Positions 49,411-58,973 of a DNA stretch of 64,000 nucleotides are shown piece by piece (the stretch's first letter is position 1; each line of letters starts with the position of its first letter). Below the pieces are notes generated by a model. It worked only from the letters and a program-made list of their open reading frames with translations, searched no databases and had not been told where the DNA came from. A program made the position numbers and the translations under genes. Source of the stretch: an uncultured Gammaproteobacteria bacterium (GTDB taxonomy: Bacteria; Patescibacteriota; Patescibacteriia; UBA2196; GWA2-42-15); assembly GCA_964573135.1 (NCBI GenBank), contig CAZNIO010000006.1:1733-65732 (forward strand), in the 5' to 3' direction.

Positions 49411-50364
49411 TTAAATTATTTTTTCATTTATAAAATCAGCATTAGAATAGATAATATTATCTGGATCTTTAATACGCGAATCTTTGATGGTCTGATATAT
49501 TTCCTGAATACCATAGCGCAGGTCGTATTTAGGTTGCCAACCAAGGGCTTTAAATTTAGCAGAAGATGCTTTGTAATTACGCAGGTCTTCAAATTTAATA
49601 TTGGCATAACTGACATTGACACCCGGGATAACTGATTGAATTTCTCGAGCAATATCACATATTTTGTAATTTTTATGACTGACATTATATAGCCCTTTAA
49701 TATCATTTTGAATACTGAAGAGAATGGCTCGACTGACATCTTTAACGTGCAAGAGCGGTCGCCACTGGCCGCCGCCAAAAACTACGAGTGGCTCTTTATA
49801 AACTGCTTTTTTGGTCAACTTGTTAACTACTAAATCCAGCCTAATACGTGAATGTTTGTCGCCCAATCCATGGAGGGTCCCCAAACGAAAAACGAGATGG
49901 TTATCAGATCTAGCGATGACGGATTGTTCGGCCTTGAGTTTACTTTCGGCATAATATGACAAAGGATTAACTGGGGATGTTTCATCTAAAAGATCGTTGT
50001 TGACGCCATAGACTGAACAGGTGGACATGAAGATAATTTTACCTGTGTAGTTTTTGGTCAACCAGTCAACGGTATTAAAATTAATATCATCGGTGACTAA
50101 AGAATTTTTAGCACAGGCACCATCGCCAACTAAAGCGGCTAGCCATATAATAATATCATAGTCGTTAACAATTTGTGATAGTTTGGCCTGATCTCTGATG
50201 TCGCCGAAAATAAAGGGGACCTTTTTCATAAATCGGCTTTCATAAACCAGATTATCATAAACAGTCACATCATATTTATTGTATTGTAGTAAATCAGTTA
50301 AATAGCCACCAATATATCCAGCACCTCCACAAATTAGGATCTTAGGCTTGGGTTGATTGTTCAT
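49411..50364 (-). CDS. NAD-dependent epimerase/dehydratase
   Basis: GGAGYIG, STCSVYG, YAESK, RLDLVVN, WRPLLHV. Confidence 0.88.
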   Translation of the reverse strand: MNNQPKPKILICGGAGYIGGYLTDLLQYNKYDVTVYDNLVYESRFMKKVPFIFGDIRDQAKLSQIVNDYDIIIWLAALVGDGACAKNSLVTDDINFNTVDWLTKNYTGKIIFMSTCSVYGVNNDLLDETSPVNPLSYYAESKLKAEQSVIARSDNHLVFRLGTLHGLGDKHSRIRLDLVVNKLTKKAVYKEPLVVFGGGQWRPLLHVKDVSRAILFSIQNDIKGLYNVSHKNYKICDIAREIQSVIPGVNVSYANIKFEDLRNYKASSAKFKALGWQPKYDLRYGIQEIYQTIKDSRIKDPDNIIYSNADFINEKII

Positions 50365-50395
50365 ATTTTCAAATATTTCTTGCCCCCCTACAAAG

Positions 50396-52180
50396 TTAGT
50401 TTCTAAGGTTATACATGCGAGCGAAATACGAATCTTTATCTTTTAATAAATGCTGTGGTTTACCTTGTTCTTGAATTTTACCTTTATCTAGGACTATGAG
50501 TTGGTCCATATCAATAACGGTTGATAAACGATGAGCAATAACTAGAACTGTTATTTTACCTTTTAGTTTTGAAATAACTTCTTGTATTCTTAATTCCGAC
50601 TCGTTATCAAGCGCGCTGGTGGCCTCGTCTAATATTAGAATCTGGGGGTTGGTGGCTAATACGCGTGCAATGACTATGCGTTGGCGTTGGCCAGCGGATA
50701 ACAGCACGCCACGCTCGCCAATAACGGTTTTGTATTTATCTTGTGTGGATTCAATAAAATTATCGATATTAGCCATCTTGGCAGCTTTAACGATATCTTT
50801 TTTGGTAATTGATTGATTGTAGAAACGGATATTATTCTCAATGGTGTCATTAATTAAAAACATGTCTTGAGAAACATAGCCAATACTTTTACGCCAAGTC
50901 GAAAGGTCTATCTTGGAAATATCAACATCATCTAAGAGAATATTTCCTTTAGTTGGATTGAAAAGGCGTAAAATTAGATCAACCAAGGTCGTTTTACCAA
51001 CACCAGATGGCCCGATGATCCCGATCAGATCTCCCCGATTAACGGTAAAGTCAATATTGGATAAAACTTTCTTGTCATGACTATAGCCAAAAGCCACATG
51101 ATTAAGTTGTAATTTTTTATCAAACTTAAAAGGAAGATTGCTTTGACTTTGCTCTACGTTCTCCTCGGCTTTCTGCTCATAATCTAGAACGCTTCTTAAG
51201 TGGGGTAAAAGTTGGCTGACGGCATGCATAGTGCCTTGGAGTTGTTGAATATATGCAAAAATCTTTTGAATTAGATAGATAATGGCTACTAGGGCAGCAA
51301 AATTAAAAACTGGAGATTTATATGAAAAAGCGAAGATAAGACAAACAAAAATTAAACTGATGGGCTGAATAAAGGCTCGGGCAGTGCTTTTGAGTAATGA
51401 TATTCTAAGAGTATATTCTTTAAGCTTAACAAAATATTCTTTTCCCTTGCGGGCAACGCTGTCGGACATCCACATAGATTTGACTGTTTTAACACCTAAA
51501 ATATTTTCGTTGACATGGTGAGCAATCTCTTTATTGGTAGAAGCAACACCATACGACAACTTTTTAATACGGTAAACAAGAGGCTTTGATATGAGAAATA
51601 TAATACAGCCCAAAATTAAAGTACTTAGGGTGATATTGGCAGAGATGTTGACGGCGATGAGGACATATATGATTAAACTGGTAAGACTCATAATAGAGGC
51701 ACTGATATGAGTAAGTAAAGCAGCACTGGCCTGAACATCAACCAGAAGTATAGTCTCAAGATGGCCTAATTTTTGCTTTAAAAGATGGGGCCATTTTGAT
51801 TTTAGGGTTTTACTGAATAAATTGGATCTGGTCTGTTCTTCATAATCAGATGTTATCTTTATTTTTAGATAGTTCAAAAATACGCTGATGAAGGCTTTAA
51901 CTACAAAAAGAGTAATGATAAAGATAAGGAGATACTTGACGGTAAAGCTGATATCTAAATAGGTAAAGAAGCTCTCAATTGTGCGTGAGATAAAATCTTT
52001 TTCAGCGCCTTCATCTTTTAGGGCAAAGGTGAATAAGGGAATAAGGGCATTAACACCAATACCTTCTAAAATGCCAGTAACAAAACCAAGCCCAGTTAGG
52101 GTTAGAATTTGTAATTTGTATTTCCCATACGCTTGGCGCGAAAGCTTTAGGAAAGTATGTACTCGTTTATCCTCTAGCAT
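50396..52180 (-). CDS. ABC transporter permease/ATPase (PglK/MsbA-like flippase)
   Basis: N-terminal TM domain, GPSGVGKT, LSAGQRQR, ILDEATSALD. Confidence 0.92.
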   Translation of the reverse strand: MLEDKRVHTFLKLSRQAYGKYKLQILTLTGLGFVTGILEGIGVNALIPLFTFALKDEGAEKDFISRTIESFFTYLDISFTVKYLLIFIITLFVVKAFISVFLNYLKIKITSDYEEQTRSNLFSKTLKSKWPHLLKQKLGHLETILLVDVQASAALLTHISASIMSLTSLIIYVLIAVNISANITLSTLILGCIIFLISKPLVYRIKKLSYGVASTNKEIAHHVNENILGVKTVKSMWMSDSVARKGKEYFVKLKEYTLRISLLKSTARAFIQPISLIFVCLIFAFSYKSPVFNFAALVAIIYLIQKIFAYIQQLQGTMHAVSQLLPHLRSVLDYEQKAEENVEQSQSNLPFKFDKKLQLNHVAFGYSHDKKVLSNIDFTVNRGDLIGIIGPSGVGKTTLVDLILRLFNPTKGNILLDDVDISKIDLSTWRKSIGYVSQDMFLINDTIENNIRFYNQSITKKDIVKAAKMANIDNFIESTQDKYKTVIGERGVLLSAGQRQRIVIARVLATNPQILILDEATSALDNESELRIQEVISKLKGKITVLVIAHRLSTVIDMDQLIVLDKGKIQEQGKPQHLLKDKDSYFARMYNLRN

Positions 52181-52216
52181 ATATTTTCATAAACAAAGAA
52201 ATGGTAAAAATATTTT

Positions 52217-52471
52217 TTACCATTTGTTGATCTTATCCACAACCTTCTTTTTAACATTTAAATATGATTTAATCGCCTTCTTTTCCATATCAGGAGAGAC
52301 TAAGCGCAATATTTCTTTGCCCAAAATACGGTATTGTCTGCCAACTTTGTTGGCTTGGATTAGCTGATTTTTAAGCATGCGCTTAATAGTACTATTACTA
52401 ACCTTTAATAGTTCCTGGGTTTCTTGGACAGTATAGACTGCATTTGGCTTAATTTCGTCGTGTTTTGTCAT
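52217..52471 (-). CDS. excisionase/MerR-like helix-turn-helix protein
   Basis: YTVQETQELLKVSNSTIKRML...KVGRQYRI; start taken at MTKHD. Confidence 0.85.
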   Translation of the reverse strand: MTKHDEIKPNAVYTVQETQELLKVSNSTIKRMLKNQLIQANKVGRQYRILGKEILRLVSPDMEKKAIKSYLNVKKKVVDKINKW

Positions 52472-52477
52472 GTTTTT

Positions 52478-52518
52478 ATTATATAACATAGGGTCATAAG
52501 GTGTCAATAGGTGTCAAG
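52478..52518 (-). promoter_or_regulatory. leaderless sigma70 promoter overlapped by ~10-bp-phased direct repeats
   Basis: TTGACA-18 nt-TATAAT ending 6 nt before ATG 52471; plus-strand AGGGTCA/AGGTGTCA/AGGTGTCA repeats. Confidence 0.65.
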
Positions 52519-52566
52519 GTGGATAAAAAGGTCGATATTTATGGGGTTTTGAAAAATTGTACGTGG

Positions 52567-52595
52567 TTGACAAATCGTTGATTAAGGGTTAAAAT
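52567..52595 (+). promoter_or_regulatory. sigma70 promoter of the NUDIX gene
   Basis: TTGACA-17 nt-TAAAAT; AGGAGG RBS at about 52645. Confidence 0.65.
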
Positions 52596-52658
52596 AAATA
52601 AAATTTAAAATAGAAAATAAATAATAAATCACGATGCATTAATCAGGAGGAAGGCCCG

Positions 52659-53357
52659 ATGGGAAAAACTGGAATTATCGTATTGAGCGATAAAATAATC
52701 CTCAAATTTGGGGGCGTAAAAAAATTTACTGAGGAGCAGGAGAATGCGACGTTAAAAATATGGCAGAAATATAAAAATACGAAGACCGATGAACCAATGA
52801 TGGTTTTCGCGGGGCAAGAAAACAACGAGATATTATGCGAGAGAATTAACTATCGACATTTTCTTGCAAATCTTGAACAGCCGTCGCTGGGACTGGGGAT
52901 TAATTTCCTGGCTCTTAGCGGAATTATTGTTACCCGGGATAATAAGGTGATTTTGGGCAAGAGGGCGGATGACGTAACTCAACATAAAGGGCATTGGGAA
53001 TTGATGCCCTCTGGAAGTATAACAACTAAATATGTTACGAAAGACAAAACCGCGCAGTATCACATGCAACTGCTCGAGGAATTTACTGAAGAAACGGGTT
53101 TGAATAACAGGTATGTAACTCACTGCTGCTCTGTTGGCTTATTACAAAACAACGACGGCAGCTACGAGATTGGCTGCCAAATTAATATCAATGTTGATAA
53201 GCTCACCTTTCTTCAAAAATTTGTGCCCGGAGAATATACCGAGATACTGGCGTTGAGGCCAAGCGCAGCAAAGTCCTTCATGAATAATAAAAAAACGAAA
53301 GTAGTGCCAACCTCGGTTGCGCTACTGGATATATATTTGAAATCAATAAAATCGTAA
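52659..53357 (+). CDS. NUDIX hydrolase family protein
   Basis: LGKR..GHWELMPSG..LEEFTEETGL (divergent Nudix box). Confidence 0.78.
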   Translation: MGKTGIIVLSDKIILKFGGVKKFTEEQENATLKIWQKYKNTKTDEPMMVFAGQENNEILCERINYRHFLANLEQPSLGLGINFLALSGIIVTRDNKVILGKRADDVTQHKGHWELMPSGSITTKYVTKDKTAQYHMQLLEEFTEETGLNNRYVTHCCSVGLLQNNDGSYEIGCQININVDKLTFLQKFVPGEYTEILALRPSAAKSFMNNKKTKVVPTSVALLDIYLKSIKS

Positions 53358-53378
53358 AAAAGTTGAGGTATTATAAAA

Positions 53379-53417
53379 ATAAAAGCCGAGACGGGTTAAA
53401 CCCATCTCGGCTTTTAT
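53379..53417. terminator. bidirectional intrinsic terminator
   Basis: ATAAAAGCCGAGACGGG/CCCATCTCGGCTTTTAT between convergent genes. Confidence 0.8.
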
Positions 53418-53432
53418 AATACCCATAGTCGT

Positions 53433-55715
53433 TTATTCTTCTATCACATAGATAAATATATCATGACCAAAATTCTTAAGAGTAAAAAAGTTAAAATCAA
53501 AGTAATTGGCCATACGGCCATCAAGATCGTAGCCAATACCGGTTCTATTAGTGAAACCCACTACTGGGATTTTATCTTCAATAACTCTGTCAGTGATTAA
53601 ATATTGATGGGCAGTCTCCCCTACCGGATAATCATCTTGAGTATATTTATCAATGAGTAATGGCTTAAAATTACTATTCAAATCATGTTTAATAATATTT
53701 TTACATTTACTGGCGCAATATTCATCTTTGACTATCTCATAAGATTGTTTGTTTTTTGGCAACTCTAACGAGCGGAGCTCGTTTTGGATAATGGTATCGG
53801 GCTGATTTAAATTTTGAATAACATAATTTCTGGCTTGATTAAAGGTAGTAGGAACTGAAAGGAAATAAAGGGTTGGGATAAAATATATTAAGGATAATAT
53901 AATGATGGGGAGATGGATGAATTTACTAAATTTAATGTTACAACTAATTAGAATTAAAATTAAGAAAAAGCCAAGGGGAAAAACATATCTAATATATGAA
54001 TAGAAAATACTGGCCCAGGTGGCTAGGATACTGATAGTTATAAGATAAGCTAGGAAATAGACCATACCTAGAATAAAAAGATTCTTATTCTTTATCTTGT
54101 TTTTTAAAGACAAAAGAATGGTAAGGATTATAAGAGGGTAGAAAGCGAGGGTGCGCAGAAAAAACATACCCAAGGATTCTAGCGGGGTCAAATTATTTCT
54201 GGCTTCAAGCAAGGCCGGATTGGCTACAGGACGATAGTGAGTAAAGATGCTGACAACCTGGTCTTTAATGTTGGCATAATTAGCCAGGGTGAGGATAAGA
54301 AAAATGGCCAGACCAATCAGAGTATATTTAAAAGTTTTGAGTATGGTGGCTTTGTCTTTTCTAAAAAATATTAAGATGATGGGTACATTGATGAGGGCAA
54401 AGGCGTTAAGAGGAAAATTAACAAAGGCCAAAAAACTAAACAGAATACTTAAAAAAATATTTTTATGAGTTTGCTTGAGATTAAGTGCCTGGTATAGATA
54501 GTAGATGGAGATAAACACCAAGAGTGTTGAAAGAACCCACATTTTACCAGTATGCAGAATAAGAGTAATTAGCATATTGGTAAAAAGTAGAATAAGGAGA
54601 AGAATTCTTATCTTATTATCCGTAAATTCTTTTTTTATAATTTTATAGAAAAATTTAAGATAGATTAATGATAAGAGGGCGCTTAAGAATCTAGGGACGA
54701 TATAGGCATACTCTGGAAACTGTGTGAGAAATAATTTGAGAGAACTAATGTCAAAGCCATGAAAGGGCAGAAGGATGACAACATAGATTGAGATAAGAAT
54801 ATAGTTTAGAAAATAAGTTAGCGTGCCATAGGGCACATCGCCTGCCAAAGGGAGAATAGTCCGATTCTCCATAGCGCGGAAGACTCCACCAACAAAATAC
54901 ATTTCATCCCCTACTATTTTAAGCATGGGCAAGGCATACCAAATACCAATAAAAAAGGTGATACCAATCAAAATGATAGTGGAATTTTCAAAAGTGAATC
55001 TAAAATCTTTAATGGAATTGCTTTTAACTTTAAAGATGGTTATAAAAAACTTAATAATCTCAGTTTTGGATAATTTAGAATATCCAAGGCGCCTGTCATG
55101 AAAAATAATGGGAATTTCTTTTACCTTAAATCCCATTTTCTCTATCTTGTAGATAACTTCCTCTAAAAATGAATAGCCATCACTTTTTATCTTATCTAAA
55201 TTGATTTTTTCAAGAACTCGTCTTTTATAGGCGCGGTAACCGCTGGTTAGGTCTTTAGTTTTAATACCCAAGACAAGATGTGAAGCAAACATGGCACCGG
55301 CACTGCAAAATTTTCTCCAAAGACTCCAATCAACTACTTTGCCGCCAGAAATTCTTCTAGAACCAACAACTACGTCACTCCCCTCTTTAATCTCAGAAAT
55401 TAAATTGGGAATTTCTTTGGGATCATGAGAAAAATCAGCATCCATAGAAATAATAACCTCGGCGCCATTTTTTAAGGCTAGATTAAAACCAGCGATGTGC
55501 GCTGAGCCATAACCCAGCTTACCAGTTCTTTGGATGAGATAAAGATTTTCATACTGATTTTTTAATTGCCGAATAATATCTGATGTACCATCTGGCGAAT
55601 TATCATCGGTAATCACGATATTTAAATCCGCAATATTTAAACCAAAAATACTATGAATAAGTTTTTCAATATTCTCTTTCTCGTTATAAGTTGCAATGGA
55701 TATAAATGTTTTCAT
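53433..55715 (-). CDS. GT2 polyprenol-phosphate glycosyltransferase fused to a multi-TM GT-C-like domain
   Basis: TYNEKENI, DDNSPDGT, MDADFSH, DLTSGYR; then GDE motif and about 11 TM helices. Confidence 0.85.
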   Translation of the reverse strand: MKTFISIATYNEKENIEKLIHSIFGLNIADLNIVITDDNSPDGTSDIIRQLKNQYENLYLIQRTGKLGYGSAHIAGFNLALKNGAEVIISMDADFSHDPKEIPNLISEIKEGSDVVVGSRRISGGKVVDWSLWRKFCSAGAMFASHLVLGIKTKDLTSGYRAYKRRVLEKINLDKIKSDGYSFLEEVIYKIEKMGFKVKEIPIIFHDRRLGYSKLSKTEIIKFFITIFKVKSNSIKDFRFTFENSTIILIGITFFIGIWYALPMLKIVGDEMYFVGGVFRAMENRTILPLAGDVPYGTLTYFLNYILISIYVVILLPFHGFDISSLKLFLTQFPEYAYIVPRFLSALLSLIYLKFFYKIIKKEFTDNKIRILLLILLFTNMLITLILHTGKMWVLSTLLVFISIYYLYQALNLKQTHKNIFLSILFSFLAFVNFPLNAFALINVPIILIFFRKDKATILKTFKYTLIGLAIFLILTLANYANIKDQVVSIFTHYRPVANPALLEARNNLTPLESLGMFFLRTLAFYPLIILTILLSLKNKIKNKNLFILGMVYFLAYLITISILATWASIFYSYIRYVFPLGFFLILILISCNIKFSKFIHLPIIILSLIYFIPTLYFLSVPTTFNQARNYVIQNLNQPDTIIQNELRSLELPKNKQSYEIVKDEYCASKCKNIIKHDLNSNFKPLLIDKYTQDDYPVGETAHQYLITDRVIEDKIPVVGFTNRTGIGYDLDGRMANYFDFNFFTLKNFGHDIFIYVIEE

Positions 55716-56596
55716 ATTTTTCTAGCAATGATAAGCATATTGTCACCAATTGGGATTTTGAACTTGAGTTTGGCAAGTAATGGTTTTTTTTGAGTGTAGT
55801 GAGCAAGCTTAGAATAAATTTTGAGCTTCTGCCAGCGATATGCCATGTTAAAAATATATGGCAAGCTAAAAACTTTATGCATTGTTTTTGCTGTTATAAC
55901 TGTATAATTATTTTTTCCTAAAAAATTCTTAATATTATTCTTATTAAAGAATACAATATGTTCTGGGGGTACAAATGAATGCCATTTTTTTCCAAAAAAT
56001 TTGGCCCAGAGACTACCAGCATCTGGGGTACCGATAACCAACAGGCCGCCAGGCTTAAGTAGGGTGTTAATTTCACTAAAGCTTTTTTCGAGATCTGGCA
56101 GATGCTCAATTACATCCCATAAACTAATAATATCATACTTCCTCCCATTATCATTTAAAAATTTGGGATCTAGTTTGCCGGATTGTCCATAACTTATCTT
56201 GCGGCCGTTAGCTTGTCCTTGGGAAATCATTTTTTGACTTATTTCAATGCCTTCGGCCTGAAGGCCAAGCTGTGCTGCTAAATCTAGAAAATGACCGTTG
56301 GCAGTGCCAATATCCATCAATTTTGGCATTTTTGTGTCAGTCGAGCTTTTAAGTTTTTTAAGACAGCTAAGATAAAAACTATTTAATGCTTTTTTGTCGT
56401 TTTCATAATCAACATAACCACTTTCCATTTTATCTTGATCAAGATGAAAGTAATCTGTTTGATAAAATTGTTCTACGTCCTCTGGCGCTTCACGCAGAAA
56501 AATTATACCACATTTTTTGCATTTTAAATAAAAAAAACCGTCTTTGTGCAAATAGTTGACAGCGTCTTTTTGATGATGGCCAAGGGGACAATTCAT
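55712..56596 (-). CDS. class I SAM-dependent methyltransferase
   Basis: MDIGTANG, WDVIEHL, TPD; start taken at MNCPLG. Confidence 0.88.
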   Translation of the reverse strand: MNCPLGHHQKDAVNYLHKDGFFYLKCKKCGIIFLREAPEDVEQFYQTDYFHLDQDKMESGYVDYENDKKALNSFYLSCLKKLKSSTDTKMPKLMDIGTANGHFLDLAAQLGLQAEGIEISQKMISQGQANGRKISYGQSGKLDPKFLNDNGRKYDIISLWDVIEHLPDLEKSFSEINTLLKPGGLLVIGTPDAGSLWAKFFGKKWHSFVPPEHIVFFNKNNIKNFLGKNNYTVITAKTMHKVFSLPYIFNMAYRWQKLKIYSKLAHYTQKKPLLAKLKFKIPIGDNMLIIARKI

Positions 56597-56604
56597 AAAT
56601 GTTA

Positions 56605-56770
56605 ATCTTAAAATCGATAAATTATTTTTGTGCTTAAAAAATGGCTGGTTGCAATGCGCCAACGGCTAAAAGTTGAGGCACGACAAATTAAACCATATAC
56701 TTGATAGCCTTGTGAGAACCAGATACGAGTCATCTTGACCATTAATACCAGTAATGAGCGCTTTTTTCAT
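56605..56770 (-). pseudogene. gmd: remnant of GDP-mannose 4,6-dehydratase (5' fragment, frameshifted)
   Basis: MKKALITGINGQDDSYL then, in a shifted frame, QGYQVYGLICRASTF; matches the Gmd N-terminus, remainder absent. Confidence 0.8.
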
Positions 56771-56773
56771 GTT

Positions 56774-57517
56774 TTACAGTTTAAACAATTTTTTAATAAT
56801 CTTCTTTAATCCTACACCTTGTTTAAAGAATTGAAAAGTGGGGCTCATATATGTATAGGCGTATTCCTTGATCAAAGATTGGGTAAAGTTCATTTTAAAT
56901 TGAGCCAAATTTTTCTTGTCAAAATTGACTGAGCCTAAATCAAATATATCATAATTATTCTTTTGGGCATATTTGATAGCCTCATAAATTAAACGTCGGC
57001 TGGCATATGATATAATTTTATATAATTCTTTGTCATGAGTCTTTAATCTCTTGGAGCATATGGCCTTGGCACGCAGTACGGGGGGGCAATCAAAACAGAT
57101 AATACTGGAAATGATTTCATTTTTGTAATAAGCGGCAAAAAATTTACAACCCTGGTAACTGGTCATGGGTTCGGGTACTCTGTTTTGGCTGTATTCAAAA
57201 TTTTTACTGAGTTCATAATTTTCCTTAATATTCTTATCATCTGAAACAATTTTTAAATCCGGGATCCTATTATCAAAGGTTCTTCGTATCTCATTGCGAG
57301 TAGTATGATTAAAACCCGCAAAGATATCATCAAATGGCTGATTGAGTTTAATAATGGGAGTATCTTTAACTTTAATGTGCCAATTGGGTAAATCCTTTTT
57401 TTGATAAGATAAAATATATATGGCTGAATGGTCTTTTTTTAGTTTATCTAAATCAGGCCATGGCTCTAAAACATAGCGGACTGTCTTGAATCCAAATACA
57501 TTTTTTTTAAAAATCAT
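56774..57517 (-). CDS. FemAB-like GNAT protein
   Basis: FNHTTRNEIRR, LIYEAIKYA..FDLG..LAQFKMNF. Confidence 0.75.
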   Translation of the reverse strand: MIFKKNVFGFKTVRYVLEPWPDLDKLKKDHSAIYILSYQKKDLPNWHIKVKDTPIIKLNQPFDDIFAGFNHTTRNEIRRTFDNRIPDLKIVSDDKNIKENYELSKNFEYSQNRVPEPMTSYQGCKFFAAYYKNEIISSIICFDCPPVLRAKAICSKRLKTHDKELYKIISYASRRLIYEAIKYAQKNNYDIFDLGSVNFDKKNLAQFKMNFTQSLIKEYAYTYMSPTFQFFKQGVGLKKIIKKLFKL

Positions 57518-58269
57518 AGTCGGTAGTATGGTGATAACTTAGCTAAGAATTTTGAATTGATATCGGTATCAAAGACCTGAATACGAGGGATATCAAGTGA
57601 GTGATGTTTAGATGTTGCCACGCGATTTTTGCCAGCAAAGGCTAGTTTAATTCCCAGGTTGCTGAGATAGCCCTGGACTTCGTGATTGGTTTTGTTCTTA
57701 GGATAAGCTGCCAGAGATGGGATAAAGCCCTTGCCTAAATAATGTGTGAGTAGTTCGATATTTTTTTTGTGATCAATTTCAATTTCCTCTCTGGTCATGC
57801 TGATTAAGGGCTGATGTGAATAGAAATGGTTGGCAATAGTGAAACCATTTTTAACTAATTCTTTTAGCTCGTGGACACCCATGATCATTTTTCTTTTATC
57901 TAACTGGTGAGTACAATGAGTGGCTGGCTTACCGAGCTTGTCACCGGAAACAAAAAAAATGGCGGAAAAATTATATTTCTTTAAAAGAGGTAGTGCATAC
58001 TGTAAATTATCCTCAAAGCCGTCATCGAAGGTGATAAGCAATCTGTTTTTAGGAAATACTTTTTGTTGCCAGAGACTACTAAAGTCGGCCGGAGACAAGG
58101 ATTTAAATTTGTGCTGCTTAAGAGTTTTAAGTTGAGATTCAAAGTTTAACGGACTAACGGATAAAGGAGTCTTTATATCTGAAATAGAATGATACATTAA
58201 AACTGGGATCCCTTTTAAGGGAGCCAGTTTTTGAGCTAGGTTAACTGATGAGTAAAATATTTTTTTCAT
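57514..58269 (-). CDS. polysaccharide deacetylase
   Basis: VLMYH, ITFDDG, NHFYSH, AYP. Confidence 0.9.
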   Translation of the reverse strand: MKKIFYSSVNLAQKLAPLKGIPVLMYHSISDIKTPLSVSPLNFESQLKTLKQHKFKSLSPADFSSLWQQKVFPKNRLLITFDDGFEDNLQYALPLLKKYNFSAIFFVSGDKLGKPATHCTHQLDKRKMIMGVHELKELVKNGFTIANHFYSHQPLISMTREEIEIDHKKNIELLTHYLGKGFIPSLAAYPKNKTNHEVQGYLSNLGIKLAFAGKNRVATSKHHSLDIPRIQVFDTDINSKFLAKLSPYYRL

Positions 58270-58955
58270 TAATATTCAATATCGTTTTTAGCACTGATAA
58301 TATCTACATCTGATACCCCCTCAAGCCCTGAGAATTTTTCAATGAACTTAGCTAAATCATTTTGAGTTATAAACTTAACGTTAAAACTGTAATCCATAAG
58401 AGCACCATTTTCACGAGATGAAACATTCAAAAGATTATCATATTTTAAGTATTCTTTAAAAATAGCCCTCATTTTCTCATTGGAGAATTGATTGGTATGA
58501 GCTAGAAAATTGAGGATAAAATCATATTTTCTGATTGAACCAAAATTTGTCTTATAGAGGCCATAAATGACAGCAACGGCTGCAATGGTGGTCAGAATAG
58601 CAATTAAGTAGTTACCGGTGCCGGCGGCAAGCCCAACGGCGACTACAAGTAAGATAAAAGCGATATCGCGAGTGTCTTTAATGGCTGTTCTAAAGCGAAT
58701 CAAAGAAAAGGCGCCGAAAGCACCAAAGGCAATGGCCAGACTGTTACCAATAACCATCATGACAATGGAAATTAAAAGTCCAATCATAACCAGGGTAAAG
58801 GTAAATGATTGAGAATATGAGAGTCCCTTATGGGTGCTTTTGTAAACGTAGGCGATTAAAAGCGACAGAGCAAAAGCCAGGATAATAGTAAGAATAACCT
58901 GACCGAGAGTTAACTCAGTAGGAAGTGGGGAAACGTTGAGAAAATTTTGGAACAT
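58269..58955 (-). CDS. DUF4956 family membrane protein
   Basis: YSQSF, IGNSLAIAFG..SLIRFRTAIKDTRD. Confidence 0.88.
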   Translation of the reverse strand: MFQNFLNVSPLPTELTLGQVILTIILAFALSLLIAYVYKSTHKGLSYSQSFTFTLVMIGLLISIVMMVIGNSLAIAFGAFGAFSLIRFRTAIKDTRDIAFILLVVAVGLAAGTGNYLIAILTTIAAVAVIYGLYKTNFGSIRKYDFILNFLAHTNQFSNEKMRAIFKEYLKYDNLLNVSSRENGALMDYSFNVKFITQNDLAKFIEKFSGLEGVSDVDIISAKNDIEY

Positions 58956-58973
58956 GCGTATATATGTTAGTTA

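Noticed and set aside
52217-52471. Prophage or ICE excisionase
   Set aside because: No integrase, att site or phage genes nearby
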